Counted from the stretch's first letter, positions 35,881 to 47,242 are shown. The stretch: DNA of 64,000 bases from Verrucomicrobiia bacterium (GCA_035532155.1 DATKRN010000022.1:76571-140570), one strand, 5' to 3'. Notes: a model not told the origin generated them from the sequence alone. Made by a program: numbers and translations.

Positions 35881-37668
35881 TCACCGCACCACGAGGAGCC
35901 AAGCGAGCCAGGCGACGGTGGTGAGCCAGAGCCAGCGCGGCTGCTCGCGGATGGCGCGGGCGGCGAGACCGGCACCCTGTGCCGAGGTGGTGAGGCCGAC
36001 TCGGAGAAGCCGCCCGAGCTGGCTCCGCAGCCGGGCGGCGGCGACCTCGGTCACGGTCGGACCATCCGGTCGACCCGACGGAGAAGGGCGACCACGGGCC
36101 GTCCCGGGAGCGGCGCGCGCTCCGCCCAGGACCCCGACCGACCACCACAGGGCGCCCCCGAGCGCCAGGAGCACCGCCAGATCGCCGCCCGGCCAGCTCA
36201 CGCCCGCGATCCCGTCGCTGATCCAGTTGTGGGACGCGGCCAGGCGCGACCCCGCGGCCCCGGCGCCGACGAGGGATGGAGCGACGATGCGCAGGACGAC
36301 CCCGGGGACGCAGGCGGCTGCGACCAGCAGCCCCGCTGCTGCGGCCGCCCCCAGGTACGCCGGGCGCGGCCCGCGCTCCCGCGACGGCGCCGACGTGACG
36401 GCGCGCCGGATCGCCCCGGCCGTCGCCGCGGTGGCGGGCAGGCCTCCCACCCATGTCAGCGCCACCGCCAGCCCGAGAGGACGGGCGCCGGTGCTGGCGA
36501 GTGCCACCAGGAGCACGCCCACGCCGAGGCCGAGGCTCGGAGGCAGCGCCGACGCGGCGGCCAGCCGGATCACAGCCGTCAGTCCCCCGCCGGGTGCCGC
36601 CCGAGCCCAGCCGGGCAGCGCCGGCAGGACGATCACCGTGAACGCGACGACCAGCGCCGCCGTCGTCCCCAGCACCAGGCCATCCGGTCCCCCCTCGGCG
36701 AAGCCGGCCAGCGCCAGCCCGGCCTGGGCCAGACAGCTGCCCCGCACGCCCCGCGCCACCGTGCCGCGCGGCCAGATCGCGGTCGCGCTGCCCGCCGCCG
36801 CGACCAGGATGGCGAGCGCGGCAAGGCCGCCGGTGATGGGGCGAGGCGGCCACGACCCGGCGCTGAGCTGGGTCACCCGGATGATCACCGCCAGTCCCAC
36901 CGGCACCGTCGTCACCCCGAACCACCAGCCCCGGCCGGCACCGGGCAGCGCTCCCCGCGACCCCCCGAGGCCGGTGACTGGGATCATCCACGCGCCCGCG
37001 AGGCGGACCACACCGGGGGCGAGCAGCAGGGCCAGCAGCCCCGGGGCGATGGTCCCGGTCGGAATCACGGCGTAGTCGGTGGTGCCGACGGCGCGCCAGA
37101 CGGCGAGCACGGCCGCGAGGAAGCCGAGGTCAGCCGCGAAGGTCAGCACCGCTCCCATCCAGACCCGAGCCGGGATGTCCGGCGCCTCAGCCCGCCAGGC
37201 GAGCCCGAACGAGGCCACGTTCGCCAGCACCAGGCCGACCCACAGGGTGACGAGGTCGCCGGCACTGACCGCGACCGCCCCCGCGGCCACCGCCGCCAGC
37301 GTGACCGGGCCCACCCAGGCGGCGCGGTCACAGCGCCCCAGCCCGGCCAGGCCCGCGCACACCGTGAGGATCAGCAGCAAGGTGGCCGCGGTGGGGTCGG
37401 CCCGGATCGTCAGGGGGAGGTGCGGGGCCAGGCTCCACAGCGGGACGACCACGCTGCCGCCCCCGGCGACGGCGGTCAGCTGCCAGCTGGCCGCGGCGAA
37501 CGCGGCGGCCAGCCCCGCCGCGGCGAAGGCCAGCCGGGGCGCCCCGCGCGGCCGGCGCTCGGAGCGACCCGCGCCGGGGACCCGGTGAGTGCCGGTCCAC
37601 ACCGAGAGGACCAAGGTGGCGACCAGCAGCACCCCGACCGGGGCGACGGCGACGGCGGTGAGCGGCAC
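35881..37668 (-). CDS. Polytopic membrane protein, remotely NuoL/MrpA-like (operon gene 1)
   Basis: 595 aa, 0 Lys; DLVTLWVGLVLANVASFGLAW aligns by eye with the TM5 f.gWE.vgl.SylLi motif but lacks the Glu. Confidence 0.6.
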   Translation of the reverse strand: MPLTAVAVAPVGVLLVATLVLSVWTGTHRVPGAGRSERRPRGAPRLAFAAAGLAAAFAAASWQLTAVAGGGSVVVPLWSLAPHLPLTIRADPTAATLLLILTVCAGLAGLGRCDRAAWVGPVTLAAVAAGAVAVSAGDLVTLWVGLVLANVASFGLAWRAEAPDIPARVWMGAVLTFAADLGFLAAVLAVWRAVGTTDYAVIPTGTIAPGLLALLLAPGVVRLAGAWMIPVTGLGGSRGALPGAGRGWWFGVTTVPVGLAVIIRVTQLSAGSWPPRPITGGLAALAILVAAAGSATAIWPRGTVARGVRGSCLAQAGLALAGFAEGGPDGLVLGTTAALVVAFTVIVLPALPGWARAAPGGGLTAVIRLAAASALPPSLGLGVGVLLVALASTGARPLGLAVALTWVGGLPATAATAGAIRRAVTSAPSRERGPRPAYLGAAAAAGLLVAAACVPGVVLRIVAPSLVGAGAAGSRLAASHNWISDGIAGVSWPGGDLAVLLALGGALWWSVGVLGGARAAPGTARGRPSPSGRPDGPTVTEVAAARLRSQLGRLLRVGLTTSAQGAGLAARAIREQPRWLWLTTVAWLAWLLVVR

Positions 37669-37712
37669 GCGAACGACCTAGGGAGGGCGCGAGCGGCCGG
37701 CGCCCCCCATCC

Positions 37713-40415
37713 TCAGCGGTCCCGACCGGGGTCCCCCTGGCCGGGTGGGACACCGTCCCGACCGGAGGACAGGGTGTCGCGCAGCACGGCGATGCGCCGC
37801 TCCGCCTCCTCCAGCTTCGCCTGCTCGCGCTGCACCACCACCGCGGGGGCACGCGCGGCGAAGGGGCCGGCGAGGTTGGCGGCCAGGTTCGCGTGATGGA
37901 CCTCGACCCGTGCCAGCTCGCGCGCGATGGAGGCGAGGTCAGGGCCCGCCCCCACCTCGCCGACCGGGCGCCACTCCAGCTCGGTCGGACCGACCACGAG
38001 GACCTGTCCGGCCGAGGATCCGGGCCGGTCCGGGGGCGGCTCCGCCGCGTCATCGAACACCACGCCGGCCATGCGCGCGACATACGTCCGGCCGGGATCT
38101 GTCCACAGGCAGTCCGGGCCGCGCCGCACCCGCACCACGGCGACCGGCCCCCGTCGCGTCCGGCTGGTCCGCCCGCCCAGGCTCTCCTGGAGCGCTGACC
38201 GCAGCGCCCGGGTGACGTCCAGGCAGGCGACCATGGCCTCGACCGCCTCCGGATCGCGCCACGAGTCCGGCGGCTCGGGCCAGGCCCCGAGATCAAGGCT
38301 GGCGGGCTGGCCGGCGAACCGGCTGGCGCAGGCATCGGTCACGAAGGGCATGATCGGATGGAGCGCGGCGAGGGTGGCCAGCAGGACCCGACCCGCGACC
38401 GCCCCCGCTGTCCCCGCGGGCTCCAGGCGATCCTTGGCCAGCTCCCAGTACCAGTCGGCGAGCTCATGCCAGCTGAACTCGTACAGGGTGTCGATGGCAT
38501 CGGTGAGGTCGAAGCGCTGGAATGAGGCCGTCACCCGCTCAACCACCTCGGCCGTGCGCGCGAGGATCCAGCGGTCGGCCAGCTCCAGCTCGGACCGGGG
38601 CGGGTCGGGCGGCAGCAGGATCCGATCGTCGGAGTCGCGCGGCAGGCGGTCCCAGAGCAGCCGGGTCATGTTCCACAGCTTGTTGGCGAACCGTGCCAGG
38701 CTCTCGATCCGGCGCTCGTCGAAGCGCGTGTCCTGGATCCCCATCGCGATCTGCGCGGCCCACGCCCGGACCGCATCGGCACCGTGGCGCTCGACCATCG
38801 CCAGGGGGTCCACCCCATTGCCCTTCGACTTGCTCATCACCTGGCCGTCGGGGGCGAGCACGGTGGCGTGGATCAGGACATCATGGAAGGGCACCTCGCC
38901 GGTGAAGCGCAGCGACGTCATGACCATTCGCGCCACCCAGAGGCGAAGAATCCCGCGGGCGGTGCTGAGCACATGGGTGGGGTAGAAGCGGCTCAGCTCC
39001 GGGGTCGGCTCCGGCCACCCGAGGATGGCGAAGGGCCACAGCGCCGACGAGAACCAGGTGTCGAGGACGTCGGGGTCGTGGCGGAGCTCGGCGGAGTCGC
39101 ACCGCGGGCACTGGACCGGCTCGTCGACCCACGCGAAGACATGACCGCGGGCGCAGGTCGAGACCGGGATGCGGTGGCCCAGCCAGAGCTGGCGGCTGAC
39201 GCACCAATCGCGCAGGCCCTCGAGCCAGCCGAGGTACTCGGCGGCGAAGCGCGGGGGGTGGAAGCGCACCCGACCGCTGCGCACGGCCTCGGCCGCCGGC
39301 TCCGCCAGCTCGGCCATGCGACACCACCACTGCGGGGTGACCAAGGGCTCGATCACGGTCCCGCAGCGGTCGCAATGACCCACCATGTGGACCAAGGGCT
39401 CCTCCCGCACCATCGCCCCGGCCGCCCGCAGCAGGCTGGCCGCGCGCGGGCGCGCCTCCGCCACCGTGAGCGTGTCCAGGGCCGCCAGCCCGGGGGTGCG
39501 CAGGCGCCCATCCAGTCCGATCGCGGTGAGGACCTCGAGCCCGTGCCGCTGGCCGATCTCATAGTCGTCGGGGGCGTGCCCCGGGGTGATCTTGAGAGCG
39601 CCGGTGCCAACCTCGATACGCACCAGCGGATCGGCGATCACCGGAATCTCCCGGCCGGTGAGGGGCTCGAGAAGGGTGGTGCCGACCAGGTCCCGGTAGC
39701 GGGGATCGTCGGGATTGACCGCCACGGCGACGTCCGCCGGGATCGTCTCCGGGCGGGCGGTCGCGATCGTGATGCCGTCGCGGTCCCCGCCCGCCGACGG
39801 CCCGGCCGCCCGGTAGCGGACGTAGAAGAAGGTGTCGTGATGCTCTTGGAAGTCGATCTCCTCGTCCGAGATCGCGCTGCCACAGCGCGGACACCAGTTG
39901 ACGATCCGCGGTCCCCGGTAGATCAGGCCCTGGTCGAACAGATCGCGAAAGACCAGGCGGATGACCTGCACGTAGGCATCGTCCAGGGTGAAGCGGGCGC
40001 GCGACCAGTCGCAGGTGGTCCCCAGCCGGCGCAGCTGCTCCAGGATCTCGCCGCCCACCTCGGCATACCAGCTCTCCACCCGGGCGTCGAAGGCGGCCCG
40101 GCCGATGGTCTCCTTCGAGGTGCCCTCGGCGGCCAGCTGGCGCTCGATGACATTCTGGGTCGCGATCGCGGCGTGGTCGGTGCCGGGCACCCAGCACACC
40201 TCCGCGCCGCGCATCCGATGGAAGCGCGCCAGCGCATCCTGAAGCGCGCCATTGGTGGCGTGCCCGAGATGCAGCCGCCCGGTGACGTTGGGAGGCGGCA
40301 GGGCCATGCTGAACGCCGGGCGCTGGCTGTCGGGGTTGGCGCGCCCGATGTCGAGCCGCTCCCACTCCTCGCGCCAGTGGCGCTCCTCGGTGGCGGCGGT
40401 GAACTGCTTCTCCAT
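37713..40415 (-). CDS. valS: Valine--tRNA ligase
   Basis: MEKQFTAATEERHWREEW..., HIGH-type PPPNVTGRLHLGHA, KMSKS-type VMSKSKGN, C-terminal coiled coil; start at 40415 (the upstream 149 codons in the track are Arg/Gly/Pro junk). Confidence 0.95.
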   Translation of the reverse strand: MEKQFTAATEERHWREEWERLDIGRANPDSQRPAFSMALPPPNVTGRLHLGHATNGALQDALARFHRMRGAEVCWVPGTDHAAIATQNVIERQLAAEGTSKETIGRAAFDARVESWYAEVGGEILEQLRRLGTTCDWSRARFTLDDAYVQVIRLVFRDLFDQGLIYRGPRIVNWCPRCGSAISDEEIDFQEHHDTFFYVRYRAAGPSAGGDRDGITIATARPETIPADVAVAVNPDDPRYRDLVGTTLLEPLTGREIPVIADPLVRIEVGTGALKITPGHAPDDYEIGQRHGLEVLTAIGLDGRLRTPGLAALDTLTVAEARPRAASLLRAAGAMVREEPLVHMVGHCDRCGTVIEPLVTPQWWCRMAELAEPAAEAVRSGRVRFHPPRFAAEYLGWLEGLRDWCVSRQLWLGHRIPVSTCARGHVFAWVDEPVQCPRCDSAELRHDPDVLDTWFSSALWPFAILGWPEPTPELSRFYPTHVLSTARGILRLWVARMVMTSLRFTGEVPFHDVLIHATVLAPDGQVMSKSKGNGVDPLAMVERHGADAVRAWAAQIAMGIQDTRFDERRIESLARFANKLWNMTRLLWDRLPRDSDDRILLPPDPPRSELELADRWILARTAEVVERVTASFQRFDLTDAIDTLYEFSWHELADWYWELAKDRLEPAGTAGAVAGRVLLATLAALHPIMPFVTDACASRFAGQPASLDLGAWPEPPDSWRDPEAVEAMVACLDVTRALRSALQESLGGRTSRTRRGPVAVVRVRRGPDCLWTDPGRTYVARMAGVVFDDAAEPPPDRPGSSAGQVLVVGPTELEWRPVGEVGAGPDLASIARELARVEVHHANLAANLAGPFAARAPAVVVQREQAKLEEAERRIAVLRDTLSSGRDGVPPGQGDPGRDR

Positions 40416-40477
40416 CCTCGGTCCGCGGCGGCCCGCGCTCTCCCCGGGCGGGGGAGCCGAGGCGCGTCGCTCCTGCC

Positions 40478-42841
40478 TCAGGCCATCTCGGGGGAGCGGG
40501 CGGGTGCCGCCCCCGCCGGGACGGCCAGCCGCTCCCGCACGCGCCGAGCCGCCGCCACCAGGTTCCGCAGGGCCGGCTCGACCTCCGTCCAGCTCCGGGT
40601 CTTGAGACCACAGTCGGGATTGACCCAGAGCTGACTCGCGGGCAACACGGCCAGTGCCCGCTCCAGCCGGTCCGCCATCTCGTCCACCGTGGGCACCAGC
40701 GGCGAGTGGATGTCCCACACGCCGGGCCCGACCTGGCCCGGGTAGCCGTGGCGGGCGAAGCCCTCCAGCAGTTCCATCTGGGAGCGGGCGGCCTCGATCG
40801 AGAGGACGTCGGCGTCGAGGTCGGCGATCGCCGCAAGGATGTCGCCGAACTCGGCGTAGCACATGTGGGTGTGCACCTGGGTGCTGGCCGCCACCCCCCC
40901 GGTGGTGAGGCGGAAAGCCTCCACCGAGGCCTGCAGATAGGCTGCCTGGTCGACCCGGCGGAGTGGCAGCCCCTCCCGGAGTGCCGGCTCGTCCACCTGG
41001 ACGATCCGGATCCCGGCGGCCTCCAGGTCCTGCACCTCATCACGGAGCGCGAGCGCGATCTGGCGAGCCACCCGCTCGCGGGGCACGTCGTCGCGGACGA
41101 AGGACCACTGCAGGATCGTGGTCGGCCCCGTGAGCATTCCCTTGAGCGGCCGCTCGGTGCGCGAGGCGGCGAAGGTCGCCCAGCGAACCGTCATCGGTCC
41201 GGGTCGACTGACGTCGCCGAAGATGATCGGCGGACGGGTGCACCGCGATCCATAGGACTGCACCCAGCCGCGGTGGGTGAGCGCGAACCCGAGCAGCCGC
41301 TCGGCGAAGTACTCCACCATGTCGGATCGCTCCGGCTCGCCGTGGACCAGCACGTCCAGGCCCGCCTCCTCCTGGATCCGGACCGCATCGGCAATCGCCG
41401 CCTCCAGGATCGCCTCGTAGCCGGCGGTGTCGAGGGTTCCCGCGCGTCGCTGGGCACGGGCGGCGCGCAGCTGGGAGGTCTGGGGAAAGGAGCCGATCGT
41501 GGTGGTCGGCAGCAGCGGCAGCGCCAGCGTCTGCGCCTGGACCCGGCGACGCTCGGCGAGTTCGACGACGCGCCCCGACACCAGCGGGAGCGACCGCTCC
41601 AGCCGCTCCCCCACCGCGCTGTCGTGCACCCGAGGAGACCGGCTCCGGTCGGCGGCCGCCGCTCGCGCCCGTGCCAGCTCCGGGGAGGCCGCGCCGCTCC
41701 CGTCCGCCTCCCCCGCCCCGGCGGCACGAACCAGCTGGGCGACCTCCTCCAGCTTCTCGGTGGCGAAGGCGAGCCAGCCCCGCAGCTCGGGATCGAGCCC
41801 GCGCTCGGCGGCCAGGCTCACCGGCACGTGCAGCAGCGAGCAGGATGGCGCCACCTGGACCCGGTCGCCGCCCAGGCGCGCGGTCGCCGAGCGCACCAGC
41901 CGGAGCGCGGGGTCAGGGTCGGTGCGCCAGACGTTGCGCCCATCGACGACACCGAGCTGGAGCACCATCCCCTCGGCCAGGGCATCGAGCACCCGGGGCA
42001 GCGCCGTCGGCGCGCGCACGCAGTCGACGTGGATCCCGTCGACGGGCAGCCCGCAGGCGACCTCCAAGTTGGGCCCCAGGGCCCCGAAGTAGCTGGCCAT
42101 CAGGAAGCGCAGCCCGGGGGCGGCGTGGGCCAGCTCTGCATACGAGCGTTCGAGTGCCTCCAGGGCGGCCACCGGGAGATCGCCGACCAGGCACGGTTCG
42201 TCGATCTGGACCCACTCGGCCCCCGCCTCGCGGAGCGCCCGCAGGACCGCGGCGTAGACGGGTAGCAGGCCGGTGAGCCGCTCCAGCCGCCCGGCCCGGT
42301 CGCCGCCCCCCTCGCGACGCTGCTTGGCGAGAAGCAGGAAGCTGACCGGCCCGAGCAGCACCGGACGGGTGGGGATCCCGAGCGCGAGGGCCTCCGAGAA
42401 TTCGGCCACCGGCTTGCGGCTGGCGAGTCGGAACTCCTGGTCGGGTGCCAGCTCAGGGACGAGGTAGTGGTAGTTGGTGTCGAACCACTTGGTCATCTCC
42501 AGCGGCGCCGCCGCCGGACGGTGCGGTCCCGGTTCGCGTCCTCGGGCCATCGCGAACAGGAGGTCCAGGTCGACCGGGCCCCCGCCCCATTCGAATCGAT
42601 CGGGGATGCACCCCACCATCAGGGCGGTGTCGAGCACGTGGTCGTAGAGGGAGAAGTCGTTGCTCGGGACGTTGTCAATACCCGCTCCACGCTGGAGCAG
42701 CCAGTGCCGGCGGCGCAGCTCGCTCGCCACCGCCAGCAGCTCGTCCTCGCCGAGGGCCCCCGCCCAATGGCGTTCCAGCGCCCATTTCAGCTCGCGAGCG
42801 GCCCCGATCCGCGGGAAGCCGAGATTCGACGCAGTAGTCAT
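40478..42841 (-). CDS. metE: Cobalamin-independent methionine synthase
   Basis: 787 aa; MTTASNLGFPRIGAARELKWALERHW; C-terminal Zn-site region HTHMCYAEF...CGLKTR. Confidence 0.95.
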   Translation of the reverse strand: MTTASNLGFPRIGAARELKWALERHWAGALGEDELLAVASELRRRHWLLQRGAGIDNVPSNDFSLYDHVLDTALMVGCIPDRFEWGGGPVDLDLLFAMARGREPGPHRPAAAPLEMTKWFDTNYHYLVPELAPDQEFRLASRKPVAEFSEALALGIPTRPVLLGPVSFLLLAKQRREGGGDRAGRLERLTGLLPVYAAVLRALREAGAEWVQIDEPCLVGDLPVAALEALERSYAELAHAAPGLRFLMASYFGALGPNLEVACGLPVDGIHVDCVRAPTALPRVLDALAEGMVLQLGVVDGRNVWRTDPDPALRLVRSATARLGGDRVQVAPSCSLLHVPVSLAAERGLDPELRGWLAFATEKLEEVAQLVRAAGAGEADGSGAASPELARARAAAADRSRSPRVHDSAVGERLERSLPLVSGRVVELAERRRVQAQTLALPLLPTTTIGSFPQTSQLRAARAQRRAGTLDTAGYEAILEAAIADAVRIQEEAGLDVLVHGEPERSDMVEYFAERLLGFALTHRGWVQSYGSRCTRPPIIFGDVSRPGPMTVRWATFAASRTERPLKGMLTGPTTILQWSFVRDDVPRERVARQIALALRDEVQDLEAAGIRIVQVDEPALREGLPLRRVDQAAYLQASVEAFRLTTGGVAASTQVHTHMCYAEFGDILAAIADLDADVLSIEAARSQMELLEGFARHGYPGQVGPGVWDIHSPLVPTVDEMADRLERALAVLPASQLWVNPDCGLKTRSWTEVEPALRNLVAAARRVRERLAVPAGAAPARSPEMA

Positions 42842-43016
42842 GATCCTCCTCGCTCGGCGCCGTCCCCGGGTGGCCGCCGGTGACGGGCCCCCACGGGCCG
42901 AGGCTTCAGTCTACGGGAGCGCCCGGGGATCCGACCCCGGCGGCTCGCGAGCGGGCCGGGCCTCCGGGGGCCGCGGGGGACCCAGGGGCGGGCGGCCGGG
43001 ATCGGGCGGGCGCTGC

Positions 43017-44263
<1,247 letters not shown>

Positions 44264-44267
<4 letters not shown>

Positions 44268-44548
44268 GCCGCCGGGTCCGGCAGGTCGCGGGCGAGCTGG
44301 GCGGCCGCGCGGGTGACGCAGTCAGGGCAGATGAAGGCCTGGGTGGGAGCTCGCCCGGCCACCAGCGCGACGGCGGCAGCGGAGGCCCCACAGAAGGTGC
44401 ACTGGGGCGCATCGGTCCGGCCGATGGCACGAACCAGGCCGAAAAAGCGCGACTCGCGGCGCCAGCGAACGCTCACCGCCTCAGCGTAGCGCGCGGCGAC
44501 CGCCAGCGGGTGGACTGTCGATCCTCGGACGCGACCCAAGCCCACCAT
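44264..44548 (-). CDS. Stand-alone ClpX-type C4 zinc-ribbon protein (94 aa)
   Basis: [29 protein letters not shown] matches the ClpX ZBD pattern CxFCG...L(I/V)AG....ICxxC; its TGA overlaps the clpX ATG (ATGA at 44264-44267); G-rich SD-like run ends 6 nt upstream of its ATG. Confidence 0.6.
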
Positions 44549-44571
44549 CGCTTGCCCCCCGATCTCCCCGA

Positions 44572-45279
44572 CTATCCGGCCCGGCCGCCTGCCGCCCCGC
44601 CGCCGGCAGCGGGGGCGGGCTCGGCAGCCCCGGCCTGCGGGGGCGGGTCCGGCCGAGGGCCGACGGCACCGGCCCCACCGCCGCCGTCGGGACCGAGCCG
44701 GTGGTTCTGGATGATGTGGTCGATGATGCCGTAGGTGCGCGCCTCCTCCGGGGACATGTAGAAGTCACGGTCGCTGTCGTTGGTGATCTGCTCGACCGGT
44801 TTGCCCGTGTGCTTGGCCAAGATCTCGTCCAGAGTCTTGCGCAGCCGCAGGATCTCGCGGGCGTGGATCTGGATGTCGCTGGCCTGGCCCTGGAATCCAC
44901 CCGACGGCTGGTGCATCAGGATGCGAGTGTTGGGCAGCGAGAAGCGCAGCCCGGAATCCCCCCCGGCGAGCAGCAGACAGGCCATCGAGGCCGCCAGGCC
45001 CATGCAGGTCGTGCTCACCCGCGGCTTGACGTACTGCATCGTGTCGTAGATGGCGAACCCGGAGGACACGCTCCCCCCCGGGCTGTTGATGTAGAGGGAG
45101 ATGTCTCGCTCCTCGTCCTCGCTCTCGAGGTAAAGCAGCTGGGCCATCACCAAGTTGGCCACCTGGTCATCGATCGGCGTGCCGATGAAGATGATGCGGT
45201 CCTTGAGCAGGCGGGAGTAGATGTCGAAAGCCCGCTCGCCACGGTTGGTGGTTTCGATGACCATCGGGATGAGGGCCAT
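44572..45279 (-). CDS. clpP: ATP-dependent Clp protease proteolytic subunit with ~40-aa Gly/Ala/Pro-rich C-terminal tail
   Basis: [22 protein letters not shown]..., catalytic GLAASMA (Ser), MHQPSGG (His), DRDFYM (Asp); AGGAG before the ATG at 45279. Confidence 0.95.
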   Translation of the reverse strand: MALIPMVIETTNRGERAFDIYSRLLKDRIIFIGTPIDDQVANLVMAQLLYLESEDEERDISLYINSPGGSVSSGFAIYDTMQYVKPRVSTTCMGLAASMACLLLAGGDSGLRFSLPNTRILMHQPSGGFQGQASDIQIHAREILRLRKTLDEILAKHTGKPVEQITNDSDRDFYMSPEEARTYGIIDHIIQNHRLGPDGGGGAGAVGPRPDPPPQAGAAEPAPAAGGGAAGGRAG

Positions 45280-45379
45280 GGAGGCTCCTGATGCAGGGTC
45301 GCCCGCGTCGCGGCGGGTCGACCTCGGGATGTGCCAGTTCGACGGGCCCGGGCTCTCCCGGCGGCTCGCCGTGGCCGGA

Positions 45380-46684
45380 TTATAGGTCGGTCCGAGGCGC
45401 CCCCCCTGCCTCGGCGATCGCCACCAGCCGGTTGGTCGCCCCCCGCCAGAGGAGCTCGCGACGCAAAGCCCCCCGGGCCTGGTCGCGGCGGCCCTTGTCG
45501 CCGCGGCGGAAGAGCTGGTCCAGAGCTCGCTCGACGTCGGCGTCGGCGACCTCGAGCGCCTCCGCCTGGGCGATCGCCTCCAGAGTGAGCTCGAGCTTGA
45601 CCCGCTCAGTGGCGGGCTGGCGGCGCTGGCCCCGGACCTGCTCCAGCGTCTGCCCGGTCGCCTGGAGGTAGGCCTCCAGGCCGATCCCCGCCCCGGCGAG
45701 GCGGAGTCCCAGGTCGCGCAGCTGCCGGTCGACCTCGTGCTGCACCATCGCCTCCGGCACCTCCACCGATGCCAGCCGGAGCACCTCCTCCAGCACCTGG
45801 TTCTCGCGGCGCGAGCGAGCCAGCTCAGTCGCCGCCGCCTCGAGGCGCTCGCGGAGAGCGCCGCGCAGCCCATCGAGGGTCTCGCCCAGGCCGGCGATGG
45901 ATGCCAGATTGTCGTCGATCGGGGGAAGCTCTTTGGCCTGTACCTGGCGCACCGTGCCGAGTACCGTCACGCGCGCCCCCCGCAGCTCCTCCTCCGGGTA
46001 GTCCTCCGGCAGCGTGAGATCCACCTGGATCTCCTCCCCCACCCTGCGGCCGACCAGCGCGTCGGTGAGGCCGGGGAGGGGGACGCCCGGATCGAGATCG
46101 ATTGTCTGGGCCCGCGCCCCACCTCCGACCAGCTGGCCGTCACGCCGCATCGCGAGCTCGGCGGTCACGCGGTCGCCCGACTGGACGGGCCGATCTCCGG
46201 CGTCGAAGAGGACCGCGTGCTCGCGCTGGACCAGCCCCAAGCTGGCCTCGACGTCGCGGTCGGTGACCGGATCGGGCTGGAGCGGGACCCTGAGACTGCG
46301 GTAATCGCCGAGCTCAACCGCCGGGCGGACGATCACGGTCGCGGTGAACCGGAACGGCTCGCCCAGCTCCAAGGAGACGTCCTCCACCTCGGGCTGCGTC
46401 ACCGGCTCCAGTCCGACGTCCGCAAGGGCCCGCACCCAGACCTCGGGGAGGAGGAGGTCGAGGGCCTCCTGGCGGATAGCCGGCCAGCCCACCGTGCGCT
46501 CGAGCACGGCCCGAGGAGCGCGGCCGGGCCGGAACCCCGGGATCCGAACCTGTCCCTGCAGGCGCTGAAGCGCACGCTCGACGGCGCGCTCGACCTCCGC
46601 GGGAGGGGCCGTGACGGTCAGCGCGGCCTCCGACCCGGGACGCCTCTCAACTTCGACCTCAAGCGGAGCCGTCGCCGTGCTCAT
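45380..46684 (-). CDS. tig: Trigger factor
   Basis: [17 protein letters not shown] signature; PPIase-like middle domain; ~434 aa. Confidence 0.92.
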   Translation of the reverse strand: MSTATAPLEVEVERRPGSEAALTVTAPPAEVERAVERALQRLQGQVRIPGFRPGRAPRAVLERTVGWPAIRQEALDLLLPEVWVRALADVGLEPVTQPEVEDVSLELGEPFRFTATVIVRPAVELGDYRSLRVPLQPDPVTDRDVEASLGLVQREHAVLFDAGDRPVQSGDRVTAELAMRRDGQLVGGGARAQTIDLDPGVPLPGLTDALVGRRVGEEIQVDLTLPEDYPEEELRGARVTVLGTVRQVQAKELPPIDDNLASIAGLGETLDGLRGALRERLEAAATELARSRRENQVLEEVLRLASVEVPEAMVQHEVDRQLRDLGLRLAGAGIGLEAYLQATGQTLEQVRGQRRQPATERVKLELTLEAIAQAEALEVADADVERALDQLFRRGDKGRRDQARGALRRELLWRGATNRLVAIAEAGGAPRTDL

Positions 46685-46775
46685 CGCCCCCGACCCATCT
46701 GGATTCACCTCGTGGCTCCGGTCTGGCCGGATCGCGACTCAGGTCTGCCCGCCCCGGTGCTGGCCCGGCCCATCG

Positions 46776-46857
46776 TGCGCGGACCGAGGCTCGAACTCGG
46801 ACGGGTCGCCCCACGGGGTCCTAGGCCCCGCGCGTCTACCGATTCCGCCATCCGCGC
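46776..46857 (-). tRNA. tRNA-Leu (anticodon TAG), long variable arm, CCA not encoded
   Basis: GCGCGGA/TG/GCGGAATCGGTAGACGC/.../CGGGG-CCTAGGA-CCCCG/TGGGGCGACCCGT/CCGAG-TTCGAGC-CTCGG/TCCGCGC/A. Confidence 0.9.
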
Positions 46858-46981
46858 CCGCATCCAGCATGGGTGCGGCTCGGGCCGACCGGTGCCGCCG
46901 GAGTATAGCAACGGCCGCCAGGCTGACAACGCGCCCGTTGGATCGCCGGCGGGCCGCCCGCCGGCCCGTATGATCTGGGGC

Positions 46982-47242
46982 ATGGGACGAGGCCCGGACG
47001 GTACGGCGGCGGCGGAGCCGGTGGCGCCGCGCCGGGGACGGCCGCGACGCGTGACGGCGGCGGCGGGAGCGCCCGGGAGCGTGGTCGAGGAGATCGTCGC
47101 GCGAGTCGAGGCGCTGGTGGCGGACAACGAGCGGCTGCGCTCGGAGAATGCGGACCTGCACGCCACCCTGACCCAGCTCACCGAGGCGCTCAGCGGAATC
47201 GCGCCGCGGCGCAGGGGACGCCCCCGCCGCGCTCCCGCCTGA
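46982..47242 (+). CDS. Hypothetical small protein: two AT-hook-like RGRPRR motifs flanking a coiled coil
   Basis: MGRGPDGTAAAEPVAPRRGRPRRVT...IVARVEALVADNERLRSENADLHATLTQLTEAL...RRRGRPRRAPA; lies between tRNA-Leu and tRNA-Arg. Confidence 0.45.
   Translation: MGRGPDGTAAAEPVAPRRGRPRRVTAAAGAPGSVVEEIVARVEALVADNERLRSENADLHATLTQLTEALSGIAPRRRGRPRRAPA

Noticed and set aside
35029-37896. 955-aa plus-strand ORF. Similar long ORFs occur opposite or alongside annotated genes in other frames, e.g. 38784-40634, 42660-44489, 53481-55331, 49020-49840 and 45737-46980.
   Set aside because: Their composition is Arg/Gly/Pro/Ala/Gln-rich with no motifs. They lie antisense to, or out of frame with, genes that have strong family signatures (valS, metE, clpX, MBL-rhodanese) or coherent TM proteins. 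These are typical GC-driven shadow ORFs.
42842-43016. Cobalamin or SAM riboswitch upstream of metE.
   Set aside because: I found no B12 box and no SAM-I/SAM-IV core motif by eye. It is kept only as a low-interest item to be tested with Infernal.
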